A stretch of 64,000 nucleotides of DNA from an uncultured Holophagales bacterium (GTDB lineage Bacteria; Acidobacteriota; Thermoanaerobaculia; Multivoradales; UBA5704): assembly GCA_963741305.1 (NCBI GenBank), contig CAVUHL010000002.1, positions 56,607 to 120,606 of the forward strand, written 5' to 3'. The notes under the pieces were generated by a model. That model did no database searches, was not told where the DNA came from, and saw only the letters and a program-made list of their open reading frames with translations. The position numbers and the translations under genes were made by a program. Shown here piece by piece: positions 51,146 through 61,146 of the stretch (within the stretch, counting starts at the first letter, position 1; every line of letters begins with the position of its first letter).

Positions 51146-52890
51146 TCAGCGCTTAGGCGGCCGCTCGTAGCGTTCCAGGGCTGGCAGGGGCTTCCCAGGT
51201 TCGAGGGGCGGCAACGCCTTCTTCTTGCTCTTGTCGTTCGTCATGAACCACCGGAAGTTTTCGCCCTCGGCCTTCTTTCCCAGGAGAACCGGATAGCACA
51301 CCTCCGTATTCAATTCTTCCACTTTCGCCGGATCTCCCAGCAGCTCCAGCGCAGCACGTACCTCCTCAGGAATGGACTCCTGGACCTCCGCCAACAATGC
51401 ATCGCAGCCTGGGAGGGCCTGTGCTTCCCCAGGTAGCGCCGTGACAGCTTCGGCTTCATGCCGGTAGCGTCGTGCGAGCTGCGAAGATAGATTGCGCCAT
51501 GCCTCGGCGTCGATCCGCGATTCCATTCTGTGGAACTTCGGACCGAAGAGCCGATCCGACTGATAGCCCGTTCGCCGGTTCGTGAAGCAGAGGGCGAGGA
51601 GATCGATGCGAATCTTCCCGAAGCCCAAGGGTTTGGCCATACCCAGCTTGTGGCGGAACTTCTCGGTGGGCCTCAAGGCATAGCGGAGGTAACCCAACTC
51701 CTCACGGGTGAGGTTCTCGAAATCGACATGAAAAAGGAAGCGGGTGTTCTTCTTGAGCGGCCGCACCCGGGCCTTTTGCTTCATCGTCTTGCTTTCCAAC
51801 TGCCGGCTTTCGTAGTTACGAGCCTCGACGTCTTCCTCCCGGTGGTGAAGGTAGAATTTCCGGCCCTGGGGTGCGTGCTTTCGGAAGTCGAGGCTCTGCT
51901 TGCTGAGATATCTCTGGTTGCCGAAATAGAGAGCCGGGCTCGGCGGCTTGGGACTGGCGAGAATCTTGAGCAAAACCGGCGCGTCGTACCAGCCTCCCTC
52001 CGGAGGACCACTCTCCGCCATGGCATGGGCGAAACGGAGCCGGCCGGCCAGGGCTCGCTCTTTTCCTCCTTGCTCCACGAATCCGAAAAGCTGTTCCGCC
52101 AGAGTTAGCTGCGTCCGACCTGCATGCAACGGCACAAGGTCGGGTGAGACCCGTTCAAAGGCGCGGTGCACACTGCCGCCGATGGGTACTTTGGTTCCCG
52201 TAAGGTCCCGGCGCTGGAAAAGTGCGTCCGCCAGCACCCGAAGCGTCGAGCAGGAGGCCGCCTCGACGATGGAGGAGATGAGTCCTCGGAGGGTGCTTCC
52301 CGGAATCATGGGGGTTCGCCGGTAGGGATCGTCCGGCGCGTCCGGGTCTGGCGATCCGAAGGGATAAATCAGCCGTTCCCTTTCGGGATCCGGCTCCTCC
52401 TGTGAGTCTTCCTTCGCGTGCGGCTGCTCGGCGCCCACCACCACGGGACCTTCGGTCTCCAGCCGGCAGACGATGCGGCCGGAGTAGCGCCGGGGACCGG
52501 CTTCTCCGTCGCCGTCGAATCGATCATGGAGGGTGCCGTTCAGGACCTTGTTGGCTCCGCCAGATGCGAGGGAGGCTCAAGGGGCACGAAATGATAGGGA
52601 TTGAGGAAACTCCGCGCCGGCACCGCCCGAGCCGGGGCCGGGCGTGCGGACCCGATATAGGGCTTGAAGCTGAGGACACGGGGCGAGTCCGCCTTCGGGT
52701 CGGGCTCGAACTCGATCCGCCGGCCGGCGGCAAGCTCCGCGTCCGGATAGCCTGCATCCCGCGCCAGAGAGATATGGAAAAAGTGGAAGTCCGGCCAGTC
52801 CTGCTCAGGGCGAGTGCGAATCTTACGCACATCACGATGCTGAGGCTTGCCGCCCGGAAACTCCACGATGGTGCCCTCTTGCCAAGCCAT
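51146..52890 (-). CDS. cas7: Cas7-family RAMP with large insertion and N-terminal cold-shock-like extension (TIGR03986-like), frame broken once
   Basis: ORF 52540..52890 (MAWQEGTIVEF...FLNPYHFVPL) continues in ORF 51146..52444 (MIPGSTLRGLISSIVEAAS; LAGRLRFAHA; KFYLHH; LGMAKPLGFGKIRI glycine loop). Confidence 0.65.
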
Positions 52891-53404
52891 TACGAGCCCC
52901 CTTCCACGGCGCGGTAGCGGACGTAGCGGACAGCGCCTGCCTGGACGTATTCCCTATAATCAGGAACGCGTATCGGGGAGAGCCGGGATCGAGCCCCTCG
53001 TAGCGCAACGGGTCGGGGATACGCTCCTCATACCAGGTTGCGGTGCCTTCCAAGGCTTCGCCCCAGAGACGGGAGCGGCGGTCGCGTTGCACCCAGCCGG
53101 GCCCGCCGATGTGTTGCGCCGATCCCTCGGGAGCCGTGGGGATCACGGCCAGCTCGACGCCGCGGTCTCCCAACCAATGCAGGTCGCGCTCGTCGTTGAA
53201 GACCCTCAGCTCCTGAAGCGTGGGGCGACGCGCGATCTCCTCCCAACGAGCCCGCGGGGCGCGGAGAAGGCACGCTTCGGTGGCCGTCGTGTAGAACCCC
53301 CAGGTCTCCTCGGACGGCAGCTTTGCTAGGAAGTCTTCGAGGTTCGCCAGCGGATGGATGGTGATTTCTTCGCTCGGTTGGATGAGCTTTCCCTCACTAC
53401 TCAT
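52890..53404 (-). CDS. small type III-D accessory subunit, Csx19-like by position and size, frame broken once
   Basis: ORF 52832..53404 (MSSEGKLIQPSEE...) reaches, after a frame switch near 52960, a TAA that overlaps the next gene's ATG (TAATG at 52888-52892). The assignment comes from synteny (between Cas7x2 and Cas7-insertion) and its ~170-aa size, not from a recognised motif. Confidence 0.35.
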
Positions 53405-54974
53405 GGGCCGATCCCTCTCTGGGCTCGCCGGTCTGCGGGTGGGCGCTCAGCTCGCGATGAAGCTCCTGCACCCAGGTGGCGAAGCACTCTTGCAACTCCG
53501 GGCCGGCCAGGTCCCCGGCCGCGGCAGGGCTTTCCACGGGCCGCGGCGGACTCCAGCTCGCGCTTCCCGGACGCTCCTGGAGCTCAGGCACGCCCGCGAG
53601 GGCCGCGGGCGGCTGAAGCCAGAAGCGGTCCGTGGCAGTGATCCTGCGCGGAATATTCGTTGAGCCCTTTCGCCGTGCCGAAGCCCACCGGAATATCGGC
53701 GAGCAGGAGATCCCGGAGCACCAGGGTCATCAGCCCCAGCCCCCACTCCTCCAGGCGATAGCGGCCGATCTCCAGGTGGATCTCGCCGGCCAGGGTGACG
53801 GCGGGGCTCAGCTCGGCATTGAACTTGGCGCCGGCTGACGAGCCGCCGGTGAAACGGTCCACGGCCACGAATTCCTGCCGCTAAGGGGGGCCCTCGGCGG
53901 GTCCGAGTGGAAGGAAATCCGTGATCCTGACCGGCGAGGCGAGCCTGCCGCTGCCGAAGACGCGGCAGGCCTTGCAGTGGACGGCGAGCTCGCCGTCAAA
54001 ATCCATCTTCTCATCCAACTTCTCGTGACAGGCCGCTCCACGGCGGTTGAGGTAGCAGGCGGCCGGCTCGCCGCCCAAGGTGCGCAGGATCTGCTCGGCC
54101 CGGCTGCGCAGGGCGCCCCGCAAAGCGCTGCCCGGCAGCACGGGCCTACCGTCCGCCTGACGTGCGTAGGTATGGTCGAAGCCGGACCCCAGGGCCTCCG
54201 CCGGGTCGTTGACCAGGAAGCCCCAGGGGAAGTGAAGCTCAATCCGAAGCCGGAGCTGTGCCCAGGCGTCTCCTTCAGCCGGCAGGTCCCACTCCGCATT
54301 CCAGCCGGAGGGAATGAGGGGGTCACCGCGGCGCCGGCCGTGGGGTCGTCGGAGAGGAGGTTTTCGACGAGATCCGCCGGCCGGGTCATGTCCAACTCGG
54401 CGCGGTCCAGACGCACCAGCTCGGCCCGACCCAGGCCGGAGGAGGTCTTGCCACCCAGGAAGAGCCAACCGGCGGCCAGACGCTGCAACACCGCCTCCAG
54501 GGCACGCAGCTCATCCTCCTGCGGATCGTCGATCCGCAGCTCGAAGGGAAACTCGACGCCGCCCTCCACCACCTCGACGTCGTACTTCCGCCGGTCCGCC
54601 GCCGTGCGCGTGCGCCGGTCGATGCCCACGCGGTCGCGCACTCGGGTCGACAATGGACCGCTGGACGCCCCTCCCAAGACGTGGAGCCGCGAGGCGGCGA
54701 GGTGGGAGTCTTCGCCGTCCTGGCGTCGCCGGCCGGCCGCGCGGGGTCCCAGCAGGCGGCAGACGACACACCGGCATTCCGGAGCACGGCGGCACCCTCC
54801 GGTGAGCCGCTCCAGGTCGGCCCGCAGGACGCCGGCCAGTGACGAGCCGGAGAGCGCCACCTGGCCGTCCGTCTCGCGGAAGAGGGGTTGGTCCACGGCT
54901 CCGAGACGGCGGCCGTCGCCGGTGTGGAAGCCGTAGGGGAAGCGCAGGGCGCCCGTGTAGGTAGTCCTTTTCAT
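53397..54974 (-). CDS. cas7: fusion of two Cas7 (Csm3/Cmr4-like) RAMP domains (Cas7x2), frame broken 2-3 times
   Basis: Starts at ATG 54974 (MKRTTYTGALRFPYGFHTGDG). Domain 1 has LSGSSLAGVLRADL, a CxC..VC Zn-like motif and LGGKTSSGLGRAEL. Domain 2 (ORF 53881..54468 frame) has PVLPGSALRGALRSRAEQIL and a Cys cluster, then ORF 53584..53868 has VAVDRFTGGS...PVGFGTAKG. The likely stop is TAG 53397. Confidence 0.65.
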
Positions 54975-55489
54975 GGCTGTGCCTGCTTTCGCGCCTCGTC
55001 CATCCACCGCCGCGCCAGCGCGCGGAGGAGGACGCGTGCGATGTCCGTCAAGAACCGCTTTTCGGCTTCGAGATCCCGTGGCAACGCGCCCCGGAGGGCA
55101 TGCCTCACCTCCGTCACCGCTGCCCTGACTGCCGCTCCAGATCCTCAAGCCGTAGAGGCCCTGCTCCCCCTCCTCCACCTCACCCAGGCGGTCCAGGGCC
55201 TCGGCGATAGGCTCCCAAAGGCCCTGCTCTCCTTCGCGGTCCTTGCGGTTCTGCTTTTCGCGATCCTGGTCTTGCGGTTCTGCCGGATCCGGCCAGCCAT
55301 GCCCCGCAGCTCGGCCGCCATGGCGTCGCGGTCTTTCATCGTGGCGATGCGGAGGAGCAGGGCGGCGGCCGGGCGGAGGTTCTCCTCCCGCGGCCGGAAG
55401 GAGTCCCAGGGCGGAGGCATGTCCACGCCGGACTGCTGTTCCAGCACGGCCACGAGCCGGCGTTCGAGCACGTCGCGCGCGGCGATCAT
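54971..55489 (-). CDS. cas11: Cas11-like small helical subunit, two compensating frame switches
   Basis: ATG 55489 overlaps the upstream stop (ATGA) and the TGA at 54971-54973 overlaps the downstream ATG (ATGA). Helical, charged sequence: MIAARDVLERRLVAVLEQQ...EPIAEALDRLGEVEEGEQGLYGL...RFLTDIARVLLRALARRWMDEARKQAQP. The middle part reads sensibly only in a second frame. Confidence 0.45.
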
Positions 55490-57366
55490 CGGGATTCCCT
55501 CCTCGGCTCGGGAGCTGCCGTCTCTTGAATCAAGATCACGCCGAAGCCCTCGTTGCGGCGCAGGCCGATGCCTTCCCGCGCCGCTCGTTGCAGGGTCTTC
55601 AGCTCCTCTTCGGCCCCGTTCTCCGGCCGGACCAGCAGAAAAGACGAGCCGGCGGCCACCGCCAGTTGGTCGGACTTCGGCAGGCGATGCGTGCTGTTCC
55701 ATCCGGCCAGCAGGTGGAAAGAGCTGAAGGCTTCATCGAACTTCGGCCGGGCGAGACCCAGGTCGCCCGGCACCAGGCTCTCGCGGAAACGGAGGTGTTC
55801 GTCCGCCACGAGGGCCGGCGTCACCAGGTCGATGCGGAGATACCCGGAAGCCGGCCACTCGTCCGGCACCGGGGCCGCGTTCGGATAGAGGCCGGTTCCG
55901 CCGGGCCGGCCGGCGAAGGCCGAGACCCGGCAGTCCAGATAGCCCAGGGCGCCCTTGCGCCGCCCGACGCGGAGCGGAAAGCTGTCGCTCACGGCAAGCC
56001 CGAGACCGGCGAGGAGGCGCTCCGTGTCGTCCGCGCTCCCGGCTTCGATGAACCCCCGGAGGCGCGTCCCTTCGGGCAGGGCCTCGTAGGCGAAGAGCCC
56101 GTCCTCTCGAACCGTCTGGCTCTCGGGTTGGATCCGGTTGTGAGGGCTCAGCGCTAAGCGCGCAGCCACGTCTTTGCCCGCCCCCTCGAAGCGCGGCCCC
56201 CAGGGGATCAGGCGGGCTCCGCAGTGCTGACAGCGCTCGATCTCAGGCTCCAGCAGCAGGTCCACGAAGCCATGACCGAAGGATTGTTTCGGACCTGGAC
56301 GGATCTTGCAGGTGTGCTTGGCCAGCGGCACCGGCCGGCTGGCCGCCTGTGCGGAGGGCGGATAAAGGAATCCGAAACGCACGCCTCCTGAAAGGAAGCA
56401 GCGCAGGAAGTCCTCCCCGGCCCGGTCTCCCCGCCAGCGGGCTGCCAGCGCGCCGCGAAGGGCGCTTCCGGCCACGAACGGCAGGCCGGCGATCAGGTTG
56501 CCCGCTTCCGGGAGGCCTCCCATCACCACCTCGCCCACCACCGTGGCGTCGATCTGGAGGAGCTTCGAGGCTCTACCAGAACCTGCCTCTTGCGATGTAG
56601 GGGAGGAGTTCCCCTTTTCCCGGACGGGGGCAGGCACGTCCCGACAGAGAGGTCCAGGGCAAGGGCCTTCACGGCGTCCTCCCAGGATGCGAAGGCGGGA
56701 GCGAGGATCCACCTGGTCGAAGCGGATACGACAGGCGCCGAGCCCCCGCCGGCGGTGGCCTCCGATCTCGCGGATGAAGCGGAGCGCCGCGACGAGTAAG
56801 CTCACCTCCTGCCGCGCCAGCCCCGGCTCGATGTCGGTCGAGCCCGCGAGCTCGAATCCTTCCAGCGATTCTTCCAACGTGAACAGATGCTCGTCGGCCG
56901 CCCGGCCGCTCCTGAAATCGATGGCCGTGCGGGGATGGGGACGCGCCAGCAGTCCATTCACTTTGACCGCCTCCCGGGCCAGCTCTTCCCGGTCCGCCTG
57001 CTGCCAGACCGGGCCGGCCCCTCCCAGAAGCACGAGCCGCGCCGGACTCCACGCCACCAGGGATTCGCGATGGGGCGAGCCCGTGAGAGCACAGAACGGA
57101 CAGAGCCCCTCCCGGCCCAGCCCGCAGAGACTGCCGAGGGAGCCGTCCCGGCGGGTGAGCGTGCCGTCGCAAACGTCGATGGCGAGCGCCTCCGCCAGCT
57201 TCCGGACCGCATCGCGCACCAGCCCGCGGATCGTGGAGCCGGGCACGAAGGGAAGACCCAGGGCGTCGCGCCGTACCAGGCTGTCCAGATAGCGGCCCGC
57301 GGCCTCGCCGCTGCCGATATGCCAGCTCCGGTCGAAGTGGATGGTGTAGTCGATCCGCACGGTCAC
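55486..57366 (-). CDS. fusion of Cas7-like and Csx10/Cas5-like RAMP domains
   Basis: Uninterrupted 626-aa ORF. The N-terminal domain has HIGSGEAAGRYLDSLVRRDALGLPFVPGSTIRGLVRDA and GGHRRRGLGACRI. The C-terminal domain has LPFVAGSALRGALAARW, CQHCG-type Cys motifs and GIGLRRNEGFGVILI. Confidence 0.65.
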   Translation of the reverse strand: MTVRIDYTIHFDRSWHIGSGEAAGRYLDSLVRRDALGLPFVPGSTIRGLVRDAVRKLAEALAIDVCDGTLTRRDGSLGSLCGLGREGLCPFCALTGSPHRESLVAWSPARLVLLGGAGPVWQQADREELAREAVKVNGLLARPHPRTAIDFRSGRAADEHLFTLEESLEGFELAGSTDIEPGLARQEVSLLVAALRFIREIGGHRRRGLGACRIRFDQVDPRSRLRILGGRREGPCPGPLCRDVPAPVREKGNSSPTSQEAGSGRASKLLQIDATVVGEVVMGGLPEAGNLIAGLPFVAGSALRGALAARWRGDRAGEDFLRCFLSGGVRFGFLYPPSAQAASRPVPLAKHTCKIRPGPKQSFGHGFVDLLLEPEIERCQHCGARLIPWGPRFEGAGKDVAARLALSPHNRIQPESQTVREDGLFAYEALPEGTRLRGFIEAGSADDTERLLAGLGLAVSDSFPLRVGRRKGALGYLDCRVSAFAGRPGGTGLYPNAAPVPDEWPASGYLRIDLVTPALVADEHLRFRESLVPGDLGLARPKFDEAFSSFHLLAGWNSTHRLPKSDQLAVAAGSSFLLVRPENGAEEELKTLQRAAREGIGLRRNEGFGVILIQETAAPEPRRESR

Positions 57367-58884
57367 TCCTTCCGCAGCTCCGAGAGCACGAGAGCATCCG
57401 CCAGGGCCAGGCGGTGATAGGTCCGGGTCTTGCCTTCGGCATGCACGGTTTCCGATCGCAGCAGGTCCGGTAGCGGCGGAACCTCCGGATCGAGCGCGAA
57501 CGGCCTCTTTTCCTGGTCCTGGCGCGCCAGCCAGGCTGAGAGCTCCGCCACCACCCTCTCGGGCACCTGCCAGACGGCGTGCAACCGCGTATCGGGCCCG
57601 TCGTCCCGCGGCGAGAGGATCTCCCGCAGCCGGCCCCGTTGGCTCGCCGTCACGTCCGCCAGCCGGCTGGCCAGGCCAAGGAGGTCTTCAAGCTCCTCCG
57701 GCGTGTACGGACCCGCCGCGCCGTAGGACCAGGCCGTGCCGGAATCCTGCTCCGGCCGCTCGATCGTGGCGCGCTCCTGCTCCAGGGATTGGACCTGCGT
57801 AGCCGTGACCCGGTGAAAATCGAGCGCCGCCTGCACGCCATCCTGCCGGCAGCGGGCCTTCGCCCGGCCGAGCAGGGAGTCGGCCAGGGTGTGGGCCTGG
57901 CGGAAGGGAAACGAAGGTTTGGAGAAAAGGAGCCCCGCGGCCATGCCCGTCGTGCGGCCAGGCTCCGTAGGCTTCTCCACCTCGAACTTCCTCAGCAACT
58001 CCATGGCAAAACGGATCCCGTGCCGCGCCGGCAAGGCCACGACCAGGTCATCGCCGCCACAAATGAGCACTTGGAGACTGGGGCTGGAGTCGCCAGGGAA
58101 CGCCGCCTCCACGGCATCGTTCAGGGCCTGCGCAGGGTCGAATCCACCTCGGTGGAGAGCTTCTCCACGTCCTCGAGGCTCAAGTCCTCGAACCAGTCGC
58201 CGAGGCCATTGCCGTCCGCCACCACCAAGGCGAGATCGTCCTCGCCCGCAAGATCCTGGAAGTTGGCCGGCAGCTTCGCGCCCCGCAGGCGTTCCGTCAC
58301 CACTGGGAGATCCAGGGGTTCCGGCAACCGTAGACCTCGTGCTTGGGATCGCGGCCCGGCTTGGAAAGCTCCTGCAGCTTGCCGTGCATCCGGCGCTTGC
58401 GGGCGCAGGCCGGGCCAAACCACTGGGGCCGGTCTGTTCCAGGATCGCGAAAGGTTTCGTCCGCCGTTTCCCGGCCGCAGACCTCGCAACGCTTGAGAAA
58501 CGGCATCGAGGCGAGCTGCCGCGCGCCTCCGGATGCCCGTTTCGCCCGCCGGAGGAGCCGCATCAAGTCTTTCTGATCGAGCTCTGCGGACTCCTCCTGC
58601 GTGAGCGAAACCAGGGTGATTCCGTCACCGCCGGTCAGATCCAGAAAGGCGTTGCGGACGCATTCGATCAACTGGGCCGCGCGCGTTTCGTCCGCGAGGC
58701 GGGCAAGGAAGTTCCCACCGCCCGAATAGATCCTCCTGCCGCCGAATTTCCGGATGAGCTCCGGCACCGCCGCGCGGTCAAAGAAGTCGATCAAGGCGCT
58801 CGCGCCGCGCATCTCCAGGAGCCGCGGAGATCCGAAGATGTAATCCTGGATGCTGCGCACGTCGCCGGCCACGTAGGTCGGCAT
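57363..58884 (-). CDS. cas10: small Cas10 (two Palm domains, zinc ribbon, GGDD cyclase motif, no HD domain), frame broken twice
   Basis: ORF 58297..58884 (MPTYVAGDVRSIQDYIFGSPRLLEMRGASALI...YSGGGNF...CEVCG) continues into ORF 58121..58489 (LALVVADGNGLGDWF), then ORF 57363..58418 (ICGGDDLVV, GGDD at 58047-58058). About 507 aa in total. Confidence 0.7.
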
Positions 58885-58918
58885 CTCGCACCTCCTCCCG
58901 AAGTCGCCGCTCGCAGGT

Positions 58919-60646
58919 TTACGCCGGTTTGAGCCGGCCCATCAGATCTTTGTACGACAGCGGCTGGCAGTCCGCCGGGATGCGGCCGCCGGCGGCCTCC
59001 AGCAACCGGCCTTCCCATTCGTCCAGGCGCTCCCGCGCCGCCGGATCGAGATCCGGCACGTCCTCCCGGAACCGGGCCAGCACCACCGAAACGAGCGTCT
59101 GTAGAACCGTGCGGTAGTACTGGAGCAGACGGTACGCCTCCTCCTTCGGCACCGGCGCCAGCCAATGCACGGCCTTATGGCGTAGATCCGAGAAGTCCCA
59201 GAGTTTCGCCGTACCGCCCTTGCCCTTGAACAAGCCGCCGTCCAACTCCTTGGAGAGAGCCGGCGCCGCGAGCACTACCGCACACGTCTGGGATTTCGCA
59301 GCCTCCGCGTCCTCTGATCCTTCTAATCCGTCCGGGGAGATCTCCAGGCTCTTCCCGCGGAGCACCTTGAGCGCCTGGGCTGAGGATCTCTCGCAGATGT
59401 CGAGGGCTTGGGAACGAAGCTCTCCGATCCGTTCGTCGTTCAGCTCTCCAGGTGAGGAGACCTGCAACCGCTCGGGGTGCCGGCCGACGAAGACGTACAG
59501 GGCGAAGGAGATCACTGCCTCCAGAGTGCCGTACAGACGCAGGAACACATCGCGCGGGCGTTCCTGGATCTGCGCCTCGCCGTTCCACACCAGGACGTCC
59601 AGGAAATAGGCGAGGCCGGTTACCGGGTCCGAGAAGACAGCCCCCGGCGAGAGCGCTTGGATGATTGCTCTTGACGGATCATTCGTGCGCGGCCATACCT
59701 TGCCGAGGCATTCCACGGTGGCGGCCACCGGAACGCCAGGCAAGGCCGCGATAGCGGCCTCGGCGTAAAAACCCTCGCTCCACAGGCCATACGAGCTGCA
59801 CACCCGCTGCACGGCATCGAACCGCGCCGCCATCGGAAGCCCCGCGAGCAGTTTCTTCACCTCGGGACTCGCCGCCATCTCGCGCAGCTCACCCGCCAGT
59901 CTTTCAGCCTCGCGAAATCGGCTCCGGTCGAACTCCTCTTCGAGCCGAACTTGCTCGCGAAGCTTGAAAAGACTGTAAGGATGCTGGAGCCGGCCCGGCC
60001 GCGAGGTCCCCGGAACCGGCCTTCGCAGGATCGAATCGTCGTATTGGTCGAAATCCACATAGCTCGATTCGAGCTCCAGGAATCCTGCCGCGAGAAACGC
60101 TCCGGCGATCATCGACTTCTTGGCCCCCGTGATATCCAAGACGATCCTCGCCACGGAATCCTGGCGCTCCTCGACGATCTCCCGCACGGTGAGGAAGAGG
60201 TCCGCCGCATCGTCTCTGACCTGGCGCTTCTCGACTTGGCCGTATGCGGGCACGCCGAGGAGGGTGCGGTACTCGTTCCAGAGCTTCTCCAGCACTCGGA
60301 GAGGCTCCTCCTCAAGATTCTGCTCGATCAGCAGGATCACCTCCACCTCTGCATGGTGGGCCACTGCCAGGAGGAGCGGCTCGGGAGAGTGGCCCACGCA
60401 GAGGATGAGCAGATCCGGCCCGCCGATCTCTTGGCGGCGTCTTGCCCCTCGCTCGCGGACTTCCCTCAACTCGGCGGAGAAAATCGGCGGTGAGCCGGGC
60501 TCCCCGTACCACAACTCATGCTCGATCCCCCTCAGCTTCTCCGCGACGGCCCGCGCGCCCAGGCGGTCCAGAAGCGCCTGGTAGCGATCGACCAGGGGAC
60601 TCTCGGACTCCTCGGACCGGCTCCCGGAGAACTGCGCCTCGTTCAT
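58919..60646 (-). CDS. CARF domain protein with C-terminal HEPN-like Rx4H motif (Csm6/Csx1-class ancillary effector)
   Basis: ORF 58919..61042; the likely start is ATG 60646, preceded by GGGGAG. The CARF pattern is DLLILCVGHSPEPLLLAV...VLDITGAKKSMIAGAFLAAGF. RHKAVH lies at 59165-59182 near the C-terminus. Confidence 0.65.
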   Translation of the reverse strand: MNEAQFSGSRSEESESPLVDRYQALLDRLGARAVAEKLRGIEHELWYGEPGSPPIFSAELREVRERGARRRQEIGGPDLLILCVGHSPEPLLLAVAHHAEVEVILLIEQNLEEEPLRVLEKLWNEYRTLLGVPAYGQVEKRQVRDDAADLFLTVREIVEERQDSVARIVLDITGAKKSMIAGAFLAAGFLELESSYVDFDQYDDSILRRPVPGTSRPGRLQHPYSLFKLREQVRLEEEFDRSRFREAERLAGELREMAASPEVKKLLAGLPMAARFDAVQRVCSSYGLWSEGFYAEAAIAALPGVPVAATVECLGKVWPRTNDPSRAIIQALSPGAVFSDPVTGLAYFLDVLVWNGEAQIQERPRDVFLRLYGTLEAVISFALYVFVGRHPERLQVSSPGELNDERIGELRSQALDICERSSAQALKVLRGKSLEISPDGLEGSEDAEAAKSQTCAVVLAAPALSKELDGGLFKGKGGTAKLWDFSDLRHKAVHWLAPVPKEEAYRLLQYYRTVLQTLVSVVLARFREDVPDLDPAARERLDEWEGRLLEAAGGRIPADCQPLSYKDLMGRLKPA

Positions 60647-61146
60647 ACCTGCTCCCCTTCGCCCATGCGGATCAATCCAGCATGAGATTGCGGAATTGCG
60701 AGAAATCTTCTCTCTATCCAACCTCCCTGTCAAGAGCAGCGGCACGCGGACGGTCGGACGGGTCGCCCGCATAAGGGTGAAGACACGGGTTCGCGGCAAA
60801 CTGGTAAGAGACAGACCTGCCCACAGTAGGCATCGGAGGGCCCGCCGACGTGCGAATGCGCCGGAGCGTTTGAAGTTCCGGAAGTCGCCTGGTCGCTTCG
60901 GGTCCCGGTGGTGACCGGCAGCACCCCGGAGGTCCCACCTCATTCGCGCAACGGAGCCTCTCTCGAATGTACCGGAAGTACCAGCGTGCCTCTGCCGGGG
61001 GAAGGCCCCGAATGGGGCAAACCCTCCGCCCCGTCTGAGCAAGCTTCTCGGCCCATGGGGGAAGCTCGAAATGCCGCCAGAGCCGGGTCCATAGGCTAGC
61101 CTCCGGGGGCGCCAGCGTGGGCGAGTGAAGTCAGGAGCGCATCCGG

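Noticed and set aside
54971-55489. The cas11-like gene has start and stop in the same frame with a single in-frame TGA at 55145-55147. I considered selenocysteine or programmed read-through.
   Set aside because: The ~190 nt before that TGA read as Arg/Ser/Thr-rich, rare-codon (AGG/AGA/CTA) sequence in that frame. In the +1 frame they read as a plausible acidic helical protein with preferred codons (EPIAEALDRLGEVEEGEQ). Two compensating indels explain this better than recoding.
51146-57366. The possibility that the fused RAMP genes represent a type III-E single-protein effector (Cas7-11/gRAMP).
   Set aside because: The RAMP domains are spread over four separate polypeptides. A Cas10 and a Cas11-like gene are present. 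No TPR-CHAT protease partner is seen. The layout fits a III-D-type variant instead.
50097-58884. Interpreting the frame-broken cas6, cas7, cas11 and cas10 genes as evidence that the effector module is decaying and non-functional.
   Set aside because: Housekeeping genes in the same window show the same density of frame breaks, and motifs are intact within fragments. Assembly error is the more economical explanation, though real inactivation cannot be excluded without reads.
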